Assembly: GCA_045635845.1 (NCBI GenBank)
Contig: JAZTWL010000206.1
Coordinates: 1 to 48,903, forward strand
DNA: 48,903 nucleotides
DNA from: Candidatus Scatosoma sp.
GTDB taxonomy: Bacteria; Bacillota; Clostridia; Christensenellales; Borkfalkiaceae
Reading direction: 5' to 3'
The notes beneath the pieces are model-generated. The model was given only the letters and a program-made list of their open reading frames with translations, was not told where the DNA came from and did no database searches. How positions within the stretch are numbered: the stretch's first letter is position 1; the number at the start of each line of letters is the position of its first letter. Shown piece after piece: positions 42,079-48,903 of the stretch. The position numbers and the translations under genes were made by a program.

Positions 42079-45000
42079 ATGAAAAACAAAATGAAAAAAT
42101 GGAGCACGTGGCTTTGCGGGATCGTTGCGGCGGTTTGCTTGGGCGGCGCGGGCGTAGCTTTGGCGACGTCGGCGGAAACGACGGGCGTCGTGGCTTCGGC
42201 AGAAACCTTTACGGTAACCGCAATCAAAGCGGAAAGTGATAGTAGTGCAACCACATTGTATATCACAGACAAAGACGGCGACGGCAACTCTTGGGGCGCG
42301 GGCGATTGGGATAACAAATATTCCTTGGAAGCGGATAGCGGCGTGGGCTTGACTTTGAACGGTCAAATTCTTACGACGACGGATATTAAACAACCCGGTT
42401 CGTTTTTTATCGGTTTGGGTGTTGTGGCGCAAGAAGGCGACGTGTTCATCATCGATGGTACGTATTCCAACGCAACGACGGGCAAGAGTATTTCGTTTGA
42501 TAACTGCGGTTTGAAATTTAACGGTACGGCATGGGAAAGCTGCACGGCGATTTCGCTTGGTTCTATGGCGGCACAAGAAGGCGGCGATGATTTCATCAAC
42601 TTAAAGGGTGAAAACGACACTGCAAACGGCAAAACGTTGACGCTTGTGAAGGGTAGCGGTATTCGTATGAATGAAGAAGCCGTAAACAGCTACGTAAAGA
42701 GCATTACGACGGAAAACGGCGGCGTAACTTTCACTGCGGCAAACATAAAAGACGTAGTTGCGGACGTTATTCGTATTAGCGGTCTTTTCCAAGACGGCGA
42801 AGGTACGTATTATTCGATTACGGACTCCTACTTGATGTGGACGGGCGAATTTTGGAGAACGCTTTCGGGCTACCAAGCGATTATCAGTAAGATTACGACG
42901 GCGGACGCAGGGCTTGACGCGGACGGCAAGAGCCGCTTCTACGTTCCTCTTGAAAAGCGCGCGATTGCTGAAGACGACTGGAATACGAAGCTTACGCTTG
43001 TAAACGGTACGGGCTTCAAATTGAACGGCGTGGAAATCAAGGGTTATATCAAACTAATGAAGAACAGCTTGTACGTGAGCTTGGGCGTAACGGCAAAAGA
43101 GAACGATATATTGACGATTAACGGTTTGTACGCGCACACGAACGGCACGAAATTCCTTTTTGCACCGACGCAAGCGTTGATCTTTAACGGTAGCACGTGG
43201 GAATGCCTCGATTACAATTTCTGGATCACGTACGATTTGGATGAATTGATCGTGGACGGCACGAGCAGTGCGGTTGAAACGGCAGCGTCGAATGAATTGT
43301 ACTTGACGAGAGCGGACGCGGGTTGGATTCCCGTTTCCGATTTGGAAGAAGCCTTCGAATATGAAAGCGGTTTGGGTGTGAAAGTAAACGGCGACGTCGT
43401 AGATTATACCCTTAAAAGTGTGAACAGCCGTGTTTACTTGGAAATTCCTTCCTTGCAAGAGGGGGACATCGTTTCCGTAGGCGGTACGTTTACCTACAAT
43501 AATCAAAAATCGAGATACGTAATCCAAGAAGGATACTACAAGTGGAACGGTTCTGCTTGGGAAGCGGGCGAAGCGTATTTCAAGCAAGAAATTAGCGGCG
43601 GCGTAATCGAAGAAGAAGGCTTATCGAAAGACGGTTTCTTCTTTGCGTGTGGCAAGAGCGTGGGCGCAGTAAGTTGGGATGACGCGTACGAATACACGAA
43701 CGCGACCGTGAAATTGAACGGCAAATCGATCAACAACGTCGTGATCAAACCCCAAGGTTCGAAATTATACTTTGACGTACACGCACTTAACGTTCATAAC
43801 GGCGACGTTTTAACGATAGAAGGTACGTTTATTTGCAAAGTAGGCGCGGCAACGTCGGAAATTACGTTCACGACGGCGCAAGCGTTCGTTTATAACAACG
43901 GTACTTGGTCGGTGGATGAATATCAAACCTACGACATCGGCAAATTTATCTTGCACGTAAATAGTACCATCGGCGGCGGGAAAAACTTGAACGACACGTT
44001 GTACTTGACGAGAGCGGATGGCGAAGCACTTCCCGTTTTGAGCTGGGATTATTTCTTCATTTTGGAAAAGGGTGACGGTCTTACGGTCAACGGCGAACAA
44101 AAATCGATGGATACGATTAAGAGTACGGGCGACGGTTTCTACGTGCACTTTGAAGGGGTAGAAGCTGGTGACGAGCTTGTGGTTGGCGGCGTATTCGTAT
44201 GCGCATCGCAAGGCGTGAGATATCTTGTGGAAGAAAGCTCCTTCGTATGGGACGGTAGCAAGTGGGAAAGCGTAAACTACACCAAGCATACCATTAAAAA
44301 CTTGCAGCCTACGTCGCCGAGTACGAGTGCGGGTGCTGCAAATTCGCAAATTTACTTAAAGATTAACGGTTCGACGGGCTTGCCTGTGCAAACGTGGGAT
44401 TATAAATTCTACATGCAAAGGGGCGAAGGCTTGAAGGTGGACGGCGTAGCGCGCAACATCAACGAAATGAAGAGTGCGCCGGAAGGTTTGTGGTTATCGT
44501 TTGAAGGCGTACAAGTGGGCGCAACGGTTTCCCTTTCGGGTGTATTCGTTTGCAAGGAATTGAACGTACAATATACGATTGAAGAAATCAACGTTACGTG
44601 GGATGGTAGCAAGTGGATGGCGAAGTCCTTCTCGGAAGATCAGCTTGAATTTGCCGATACGATCACCAACGTAGATTTGGGTTGGGATTTAACGCAAGCG
44701 TTTAACGGTACGCACGATTATATGGGTGCGACCTATCAAAAGAGTGAAGAAAATACGACGGGTTCGGTTAGATTCCGCTTTATTTACAACTCGACGAACA
44801 CGGAAGCGGGTGAAATCAATTTCCGTATGCGTACGCCTACCAACGACGTTTGGGATACGACGTTCTCGGTACGTCTTATTTGGGGCGGTATTGAATTTTG
44901 TGGCAAGGGTCCCGCGGTGAAGTTTGCGAACAACACCGATTATTTGGTGGAAATCGGCACGATTAACCTTAAAGATAGCACGAGCGTTTGGATGTATATT

Positions 45001-45906
45001 AAGGTGGACAACATTATCGTCGATTCGCAAATCATTGAAAGCAACGTGTTGGGTTCGAATGCGTTTAGAGTGTATTTTGGCGACGTTGCGGCTGGCACTT
45101 TCAAAGATCCCGATCACGTAGGCGTGCAATACGAAGGTTCGGATACGCAAGTTTTTGCGAAGGGGAGCGAATTGACGCTTATGGACGCAACGAGCGATAT
45201 GTTCGTTGGTTGGATTGTAAATGGCGAGCTTTACGCGGCAGGCGATACACTTATCGTGGAAGAAAGCGATTTGGCGATTTCCGCGTTTGAAATGGATTTC
45301 AAGCTTAAGTACGGCGCGGCAATTCGTCTTACGAATACGGTGGAAGAATCGGGTATTCGTTTTACGCCTATGATCAACACGGCGGATTTGAATGCGCTTA
45401 ACGGCTATGACGTGCGCGTAGGCTTCGGTACGTTGATTATGCCTAACGATTATCTCGCGGCAGGTCAAGCGCCGAACTTGGTAGATTTCGTGGCAGGCTC
45501 GACGATTTTGAAGATCGAAAACACCGGTTATACGGAAACGGATAAAGACGAAGCGAACTACACGGCGTACTACGGTGCAATGAACCAAATTAAAACGAAG
45601 AACTACGGCAGAGAATTTGCGGGACGTGGGTACATGGAAATCACCTTCGAAAGCGGTGCTGTAAGAACGATTTACACGCCTTTCTCGGCGGATAACGTGC
45701 GCTCCGTGAAGTGGGTTGCTAACGCGGTAATCAACGATACGCCTGCATACGAAAAATTGAGCGACGCGAAGAAAGCAATCGTGGAAGGTTACGCAAACAG
45801 CGAAGATTATAGCAAGAGTGCAAAGGCGGCGCGTACGTCCGTTGCGCAAATGGAAGAAAATTATGCTGCGGCATTCGTTGCCGGCGGTAAAAAGGAGAGC
45901 GTGTGA
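42079..45906 (+). CDS. large secreted repeat protein (1275 aa): signal peptide, seven divergent ~106-120-aa modules, jelly-roll-like region, one Listeria-Bacteroides-repeat-like segment
   Basis: Signal MKNKMKKWSTWLCGIVAAVCLGGAGVALATSAE. Modules end with FNGTAWES, WTGEFWRT, FNGSTWEC, WNGSAWEA, YNNGTWSV, WDGSKWES and WDGSKWMA. No LPXTG, SLH or choline-binding anchor seen. AGGAGA RBS before ATG 42079. Confidence 0.85.
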   Translation: MKNKMKKWSTWLCGIVAAVCLGGAGVALATSAETTGVVASAETFTVTAIKAESDSSATTLYITDKDGDGNSWGAGDWDNKYSLEADSGVGLTLNGQILTTTDIKQPGSFFIGLGVVAQEGDVFIIDGTYSNATTGKSISFDNCGLKFNGTAWESCTAISLGSMAAQEGGDDFINLKGENDTANGKTLTLVKGSGIRMNEEAVNSYVKSITTENGGVTFTAANIKDVVADVIRISGLFQDGEGTYYSITDSYLMWTGEFWRTLSGYQAIISKITTADAGLDADGKSRFYVPLEKRAIAEDDWNTKLTLVNGTGFKLNGVEIKGYIKLMKNSLYVSLGVTAKENDILTINGLYAHTNGTKFLFAPTQALIFNGSTWECLDYNFWITYDLDELIVDGTSSAVETAASNELYLTRADAGWIPVSDLEEAFEYESGLGVKVNGDVVDYTLKSVNSRVYLEIPSLQEGDIVSVGGTFTYNNQKSRYVIQEGYYKWNGSAWEAGEAYFKQEISGGVIEEEGLSKDGFFFACGKSVGAVSWDDAYEYTNATVKLNGKSINNVVIKPQGSKLYFDVHALNVHNGDVLTIEGTFICKVGAATSEITFTTAQAFVYNNGTWSVDEYQTYDIGKFILHVNSTIGGGKNLNDTLYLTRADGEALPVLSWDYFFILEKGDGLTVNGEQKSMDTIKSTGDGFYVHFEGVEAGDELVVGGVFVCASQGVRYLVEESSFVWDGSKWESVNYTKHTIKNLQPTSPSTSAGAANSQIYLKINGSTGLPVQTWDYKFYMQRGEGLKVDGVARNINEMKSAPEGLWLSFEGVQVGATVSLSGVFVCKELNVQYTIEEINVTWDGSKWMAKSFSEDQLEFADTITNVDLGWDLTQAFNGTHDYMGATYQKSEENTTGSVRFRFIYNSTNTEAGEINFRMRTPTNDVWDTTFSVRLIWGGIEFCGKGPAVKFANNTDYLVEIGTINLKDSTSVWMYIKVDNIIVDSQIIESNVLGSNAFRVYFGDVAAGTFKDPDHVGVQYEGSDTQVFAKGSELTLMDATSDMFVGWIVNGELYAAGDTLIVEESDLAISAFEMDFKLKYGAAIRLTNTVEESGIRFTPMINTADLNALNGYDVRVGFGTLIMPNDYLAAGQAPNLVDFVAGSTILKIENTGYTETDKDEANYTAYYGAMNQIKTKNYGREFAGRGYMEITFESGAVRTIYTPFSADNVRSVKWVANAVINDTPAYEKLSDAKKAIVEGYANSEDYSKSAKAARTSVAQMEENYAAAFVAGGKKESV

Positions 45907-46019
45907 TGAAAAAGATTTATATTGAATTAGAATTAAACGTAATTCTTTTTACGGCGGAAGATATCCTTACTTTGTCCGACAACGAAAAGGACGACGTAAT
46001 GGGTGATATTTTCGATTGA
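45906..46019 (+). CDS. candidate 37-aa acidic small protein, translationally coupled (TGATG overlap)
   Basis: MKKIYIELELNVILFTAEDILTLSDNEKDDVMGDIFD. Its ATG overlaps the TGA of the large ORF by 1 nt, and the terminator follows at 46046. Too short to appear in the ORF track. Confidence 0.35.
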   Translation: MKKIYIELELNVILFTAEDILTLSDNEKDDVMGDIFD

Positions 46020-46045
46020 TCGAAAGCAAGCGGTCAAAAAAAGTA

Positions 46046-46076
46046 CGGCGAAAGCGGGAAGCTTTCGCCGTTTTTT
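46046..46076 (+). terminator. rho-independent terminator
   Basis: CGGCGAAAGC-GGGAA-GCTTTCGCCG followed by T6. Confidence 0.9.
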
Positions 46077-46101
46077 CATGCAAAAAAAGAAAATTTGGGG
46101 A

Positions 46102-46130
46102 TTGACAAGGGTGATTTTCGGGGGTATAAT
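46102..46130 (+). promoter_or_regulatory. sigma-A type promoter (TTGACA-17-TATAAT)
   Basis: TTGACA at 46102-46107 and TATAAT at 46125-46130. Confidence 0.65.
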
Positions 46131-46174
46131 AAAAGGGAAGAAAATTACGAAGGAATGGAGTGGAAAGAAAGAGT

Positions 46175-46492
46175 ATGATGCACTTTTTTACGATGAAAAA
46201 CATTAACAGCGGGGTGGAAGAATTTCGAAAAAATCCCGATTCGGTGCTTTTGGACGTGCGGACGGAAGAAGAATATTTGGATGGGCATATTTGCGGGAGT
46301 GTGAACGTGCCTTTGCAAAAAATCGAAGGGATTTTGGAAAAAGTGACCGATCCGCGCAAGGTGATTTACGTATATTGTCGAAGCGGGGTGCGTAGTGAAA
46401 AAGCGGTGACGATTCTAAAACAAATGGGCTACGCGAACGCCATTGATATCGGCGGGATTCTCGCGTTTAAGAAGAAGGACGAGATTGAGTGA
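46175..46492 (+). CDS. rhodanese-like domain protein
   Basis: LLDVRTEEEYLDGHICGSVNVP and the active-site loop YCRSGVRS. The start is chosen at ATG 46175; 46160 and 46178 are also possible. Confidence 0.85.
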   Translation: MMHFFTMKNINSGVEEFRKNPDSVLLDVRTEEEYLDGHICGSVNVPLQKIEGILEKVTDPRKVIYVYCRSGVRSEKAVTILKQMGYANAIDIGGILAFKKKDEIE

Positions 46493-46497
46493 GAAAG

Positions 46498-47343
46498 ATG
46501 ATTAGGTTAAACGAATTATTACATATTAAAGAAGAAGACTTTTGTGCATATAAGGTGCATTTTGCAACGGATGCAAATGAGAAAAAGAAGCCCTACAACG
46601 CTTTTTTAATTGATGAATTTAAGGAATGGCAAGAATGTCAAACAAACAAAAATTTTGGCAGAGAATATATTTTGTCTTTAATTTATTATGATAAAGACGT
46701 TTGGATGTTTGGTGGAATTTACAAAGTTTTGCCTATTCCACCCACCCCGATAAAAAGAGTGGATGGTTGGAAGGGGTGGAAATATCAAACGCAATTAACC
46801 GATCAAGCGAAGGATTATATAGGCAGAGCCTTTTTTAGATTTAAGAAGGAGTTTCGTGCATCCTATCCTTTATTAGAGTTGGTGCCTAAAAAAGGCGATC
46901 CTATTGCGCGAATGCCGTTAGCATATATTTTAGAAAAACGGGCAAGGCTTACGGATTTTTTGGGTTTTGATCAAGTGAATATAGATTACAAAACCTTAAA
47001 ACATATTATATCCGATAACGTACAATCTTGGAAAACGGCTTTGTCGAACGTAAAAGGTGTTTATTTGATAGCCGATACTTTTTCGGGTAAGCAATACGTT
47101 GGCAGTGCTTATGGGGAAAATTGCCTTTGGCAACGTTGGCTTGAATATGTAAAAAACGGGCACGGTGGAAATGCGGAACTCAAAGAGCTTTTAAGACTGA
47201 ATGGGGATGATTATAAATATAATTTTAAGTATGCAATTTTGGAAGTTTGCAATATGAATTTAGGAAGCGAGTATATCATTGAAAGAGAAACGCATTGGAA
47301 AGAAGTTTTGCAGACGAGAAAGTTTGGCTTAAATAAGAATTAA
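46498..47343 (+). CDS. GIY-YIG nuclease-domain protein with an uncharacterised ~190-aa N-terminal domain
   Basis: C-terminus VKGVYLIADTFSGKQYVGSAYGENCLWQRWLEY...NFKYAILEV...IIERETHWKEVL is a GIY-YIG pattern. The gene is visibly AT-richer than its neighbours. GTG 46489 is an alternative start overlapping the rhodanese stop. Confidence 0.8.
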   Translation: MIRLNELLHIKEEDFCAYKVHFATDANEKKKPYNAFLIDEFKEWQECQTNKNFGREYILSLIYYDKDVWMFGGIYKVLPIPPTPIKRVDGWKGWKYQTQLTDQAKDYIGRAFFRFKKEFRASYPLLELVPKKGDPIARMPLAYILEKRARLTDFLGFDQVNIDYKTLKHIISDNVQSWKTALSNVKGVYLIADTFSGKQYVGSAYGENCLWQRWLEYVKNGHGGNAELKELLRLNGDDYKYNFKYAILEVCNMNLGSEYIIERETHWKEVLQTRKFGLNKN

Positions 47344-47365
47344 GGATTGTGGCGGGGTTAAAATT

Positions 47366-47926
47366 ATGAGAAAGAACTTAAAGCCGAAAGCGTATATTTA
47401 TCCGTTGCCCGTGCTGATTATTGGTACGTACGACGAAAACGGTGTGCCCAACGCCATGAATGCCGCGTGGGGTACGGTGTGCGATACGGCGCAGGTTTCC
47501 GTGTGCTTGAGTGCGGGACATAAAACCGTCCAAAACCTTTTGAAAAGTGGTGCTTTCACCCTTTCTATTGCCGATAAAAAGAACGTTGTGCCTGCCGATT
47601 ACGTGGGCGTGGTTTCCGCGAATAAAGTGCCAAATAAACTCGAAAAAACAGGTTGGCATATCGTAAAGAGTGAGTTTGTCAATGCGCCTATTTTCGAAGA
47701 ATTACCGCTCGTTTTGGAATGTAAACTCGTAAGCTACGATACGGAAACGGAAATTTGTATCGGGGACGTGGTGAACGTTTCGGTGGACGAGTCTATCTTG
47801 GATGAAAAGGGGAAAATTGATTTGAGTAAGTTCAAGCCCCTTTGCTATGATACGGACGGACACGGCTACTATACGCTCGGCGAAAGGGTAGGGAATGCCT
47901 TTTCCGACGGCTTGAAATTGAAATAA
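47366..47926 (+). CDS. flavin reductase-like (FMN-binding split-barrel) protein
   Basis: YIYPLPVLIIGTYDENGVPNAMNAAWGTVCD...FTLSI... is typical of the Flavin_Reduct family. Confidence 0.85.
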   Translation: MRKNLKPKAYIYPLPVLIIGTYDENGVPNAMNAAWGTVCDTAQVSVCLSAGHKTVQNLLKSGAFTLSIADKKNVVPADYVGVVSANKVPNKLEKTGWHIVKSEFVNAPIFEELPLVLECKLVSYDTETEICIGDVVNVSVDESILDEKGKIDLSKFKPLCYDTDGHGYYTLGERVGNAFSDGLKLK

Positions 47927-47937
47927 GGGCAAGAAAA

Positions 47938-48336
47938 ATGCGGTTAGAGATAGAGTTTCAAGAAGCCTATAAAAGATTGGATAAGCTATGCAAGGAAATT
48001 TTTTCGAGCGAGACGGGTGTTACGGAATATATAAAACAAATGGAAAGCGCGCCCGTTGCTTATCAAAAAGCTGTGCCTACGTGGGAGAGAGATTATAAAA
48101 GCTTGAAGCATATCCGTTGGGTGCGCAATAAATTGGCGCACGAAGTCGGCGCGTTGGAAGCGGGGATTTGCACGAAAGAAGATTTGCTTTGCGCGCAGGA
48201 ATTCTATAAAAGAATTATGAAAGCGGAAGATCCTTTTGCGTTGGCAAGAAAGAGCCAAGAGCCGCCCAAAAAGAAAAAACGCGCACCGTGGATCGTGCGC
48301 TTCTTCAAAGGAATTTTCAAATTTTTGAATTGGTAA
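47938..48336 (+). CDS. hypothetical protein (132 aa) with basic/amphipathic C-terminus
   Basis: Clean ORF, helical, ending KKKKRAPWIVRFFKGIFKFLNW. No family recognised. Confidence 0.5.
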   Translation: MRLEIEFQEAYKRLDKLCKEIFSSETGVTEYIKQMESAPVAYQKAVPTWERDYKSLKHIRWVRNKLAHEVGALEAGICTKEDLLCAQEFYKRIMKAEDPFALARKSQEPPKKKKRAPWIVRFFKGIFKFLNW

Positions 48337-48356
48337 AACGTTGAATAGACGAAAAA

Positions 48357-48392
48357 CAAACCCCCTATCCTTAAAAAGGATAGGGGGTTTGT
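48357..48392. terminator. strong hairpin; T-run is better on the minus strand
   Basis: ACAAACCCCCTATCCTT-AAA-AAGGATAGGGGGTTTGT. The minus strand continues TTTTTCG. Confidence 0.75.
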
Positions 48393-48541
48393 GGTGCCGC
48401 TGACCGGACTTGTTCCTTTAGCGGAGACGCCCCGCTCCGCCATTATCAATGGCGTCCTTTGCCGTCAAGTTTTCCATTATTCAAGCTCCGTAAAGCAAAG
48501 CGTTTTGCTCCCACAAAACGGCTCCCACCCACAAGTCCGGT
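48392..48541 (-). other. structured ~150-nt element ending in a copy of the tRNA-Leu 3' end (tRNA-like tail or att-site scar)
   Basis: The minus-strand 3' end CAAGTCCGGTCAGCGGCACCA is identical to the last 21 nt of tRNA-Leu. An 11-bp closing helix pairs ACCGGACTTGT (48531-48541 rc) with 48403-48413. Internal perfect hairpins: GCGGAG/CTCCGC (48421-48440) and CGCCATT/AATGGCG (48438-48454). No 5' acceptor strand is present, so it is not a tRNA. Confidence 0.4.
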
Positions 48542-48552
48542 CGGATAAGCGA

Positions 48553-48594
48553 AAAAAACAAAAAAGGATAACCCAACTTCGGGTTATCCTTTTT
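48553..48594 (-). terminator. rho-independent terminator after tRNA-Leu
   Basis: Minus strand reads AAGGATAACCC-GAAGTT-GGGTTATCCTT followed by TTTTGTTTTTTT. Confidence 0.85.
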
Positions 48595-48681
48595 TGGTGC
48601 CGCTGACCGGACTTGAACCGGTACGAACTCTCGTTCGAGGGATTTTAAGTCCCTTGCGTCTGCCTATTCCACCACAGCGGC
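48595..48681 (-). tRNA. tRNA-Leu (anticodon UAA), CCA-encoded, long variable arm
   Basis: GCCGCTGTGGTGGAATAGGCAGACGCAAGGGACTTAAAATCCCTCGAACGAGAGTTCGTACCGGTTCAAGTCCGGTCAGCGGCACCA. The 7-bp acceptor, AGGGA/TCCCT anticodon stem with loop CTTAAAA, CGAAC/GTTCG variable arm and ACCGG/CCGGT T-stem all fold. Confidence 0.93.
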
Positions 48682-48705
48682 GTGGTGATATGGAAATTTG
48701 AATAA

Positions 48706-48739
48706 GAAAACTCTGCACCGTTTGGTGCAGAGTTTTTCT
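48706..48739 (-). terminator. hairpin between tRNA-Cys and tRNA-Leu (terminator-like or processing element)
   Basis: Minus strand reads AAAACTCTGCACC-AAAC-GGTGCAGAGTTTT followed by CTTATT. Confidence 0.5.
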
Positions 48740-48813
48740 TGGAGGCGCCACCCGGATTTGAACCGGGGATAAGGGTTTTGCAGACCCGTGCCTTACCACT
48801 TGGCCATGGCGCC
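48740..48813 (-). tRNA. tRNA-Cys (anticodon GCA), CCA-encoded
   Basis: GGCGCCATGGCCAAGTGGTAAGGCACGGGTCTGCAAAACCCTTATCCCCGGTTCAAATCCGGGTGGCGCCTCCA. GGCGCCA/TGGCGCC acceptor and loop CTGCAAA. Confidence 0.93.
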
Positions 48814-48832
48814 ATATTTACAATGCCCTACT

Positions 48833-48861
48833 ATTATAGCAAGGTGAAGGGGATTTGTCAA
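48833..48861 (-). promoter_or_regulatory. sigma-A type promoter for the tRNA genes (TTGACA-17-TATAAT)
   Basis: Reverse strand has TTGACA (48856-48861) and TATAAT (48833-48838), about 20 nt upstream of tRNA-Cys. Confidence 0.7.
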
Positions 48862-48903
48862 GGGGTTTTTGAAATATTTTTGATAAAATTGAAAGGCGAG
48901 AGG

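Noticed and set aside
48392-48541. Interpreting the structured element as a tRNA, tmRNA, SRP RNA, 6S RNA or RNase P RNA
   Set aside because: It has no 5' acceptor strand to pair with CAGCGGC and no 7-nt anticodon or T loops. It has no tag ORF or GGGG 5' end (tmRNA), no GGAAGCAGC/GNAR domain IV motif (SRP), and no AGGAAAGTCC (RNase P). Its length and local-hairpin layout do not fit 6S RNA.
48204-48799. ORFs 48204-48449 (-), 48391-48606 (+) and 48584-48799 (-)
   Set aside because: They overlap tRNA genes, terminator hairpins and the tRNA-like element, and none is preceded by an RBS.
1-48903. Search for transposases, integrases, prophage, toxin-antitoxin, restriction-modification or cas genes
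   Set aside because: None of the ORF-track translations show the corresponding motifs (DDE, tyrosine or serine recombinase, terminase, and so on). The only nuclease-type accessory genes are the DUF2779-like and GIY-YIG proteins reported above.

Overview
Chromosomal window from an endospore-forming Firmicute, Clostridia-like by gene content (spoIVFB, gerA operon, yyaC, ricT, L27 with an N-terminal propeptide). All protein calls come from motif recognition in the supplied translations; no database search was possible. Most of the window is housekeeping: lysS-greA, an Lrp-regulated aminotransferase, spoIVFA/B, RNase G, an orphan Wzz/BY-kinase pair, lon-engB, rqcH, tig-clpP-clpX, rplU-rpmA, holB-ricT, rsmG, dnaN, rpmH-rnpA-yidD-yidC-jag, queT, yyaC, cvpA, gerAA-AB-AC, trmN6-like/rsmI, and tRNA-Cys and tRNA-Leu. 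Five things stand out. (1) A 28-29 nt dispersed repeat (consensus AAAAATGGGGCTACCATGTACGCGTTGAA) occurs at least 13 times full-length, plus partial copies. It sits behind terminators and stop codons and also inside six coding sequences, where it is always sense-oriented and is read in two different frames. (2) There is a textbook origin core at 26.8-27.1 kb (DnaA boxes, GC cluster, CTA/DnaA-trio run, AT-rich DUE) but no dnaA gene; a SLOG/DUF1273 gene sits upstream of dnaN instead. A second, denser DnaA-box cluster lies 8 kb away at 34.9-35.4 kb, and a near-consensus parS lies inside gerAB. (3) A 350-bp non-coding tract at 4766-5100 combines 21-bp and 76-bp tandem repeats with a closed multi-hairpin domain, next to a tandem-OB SSB-like gene and a Cas4-like DUF2779 nuclease gene. 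(4) A 1275-aa secreted protein built from seven divergent modules of about 110 aa is translationally coupled to a 37-codon acidic sORF. (5) At the right end, the tRNA-Leu 3' end (21 nt) is duplicated 203 bp away, bracketing a structured element of about 150 nt, and an AT-rich GIY-YIG nuclease gene lies close by. No CRISPR array, transposase, integrase or prophage genes were seen.
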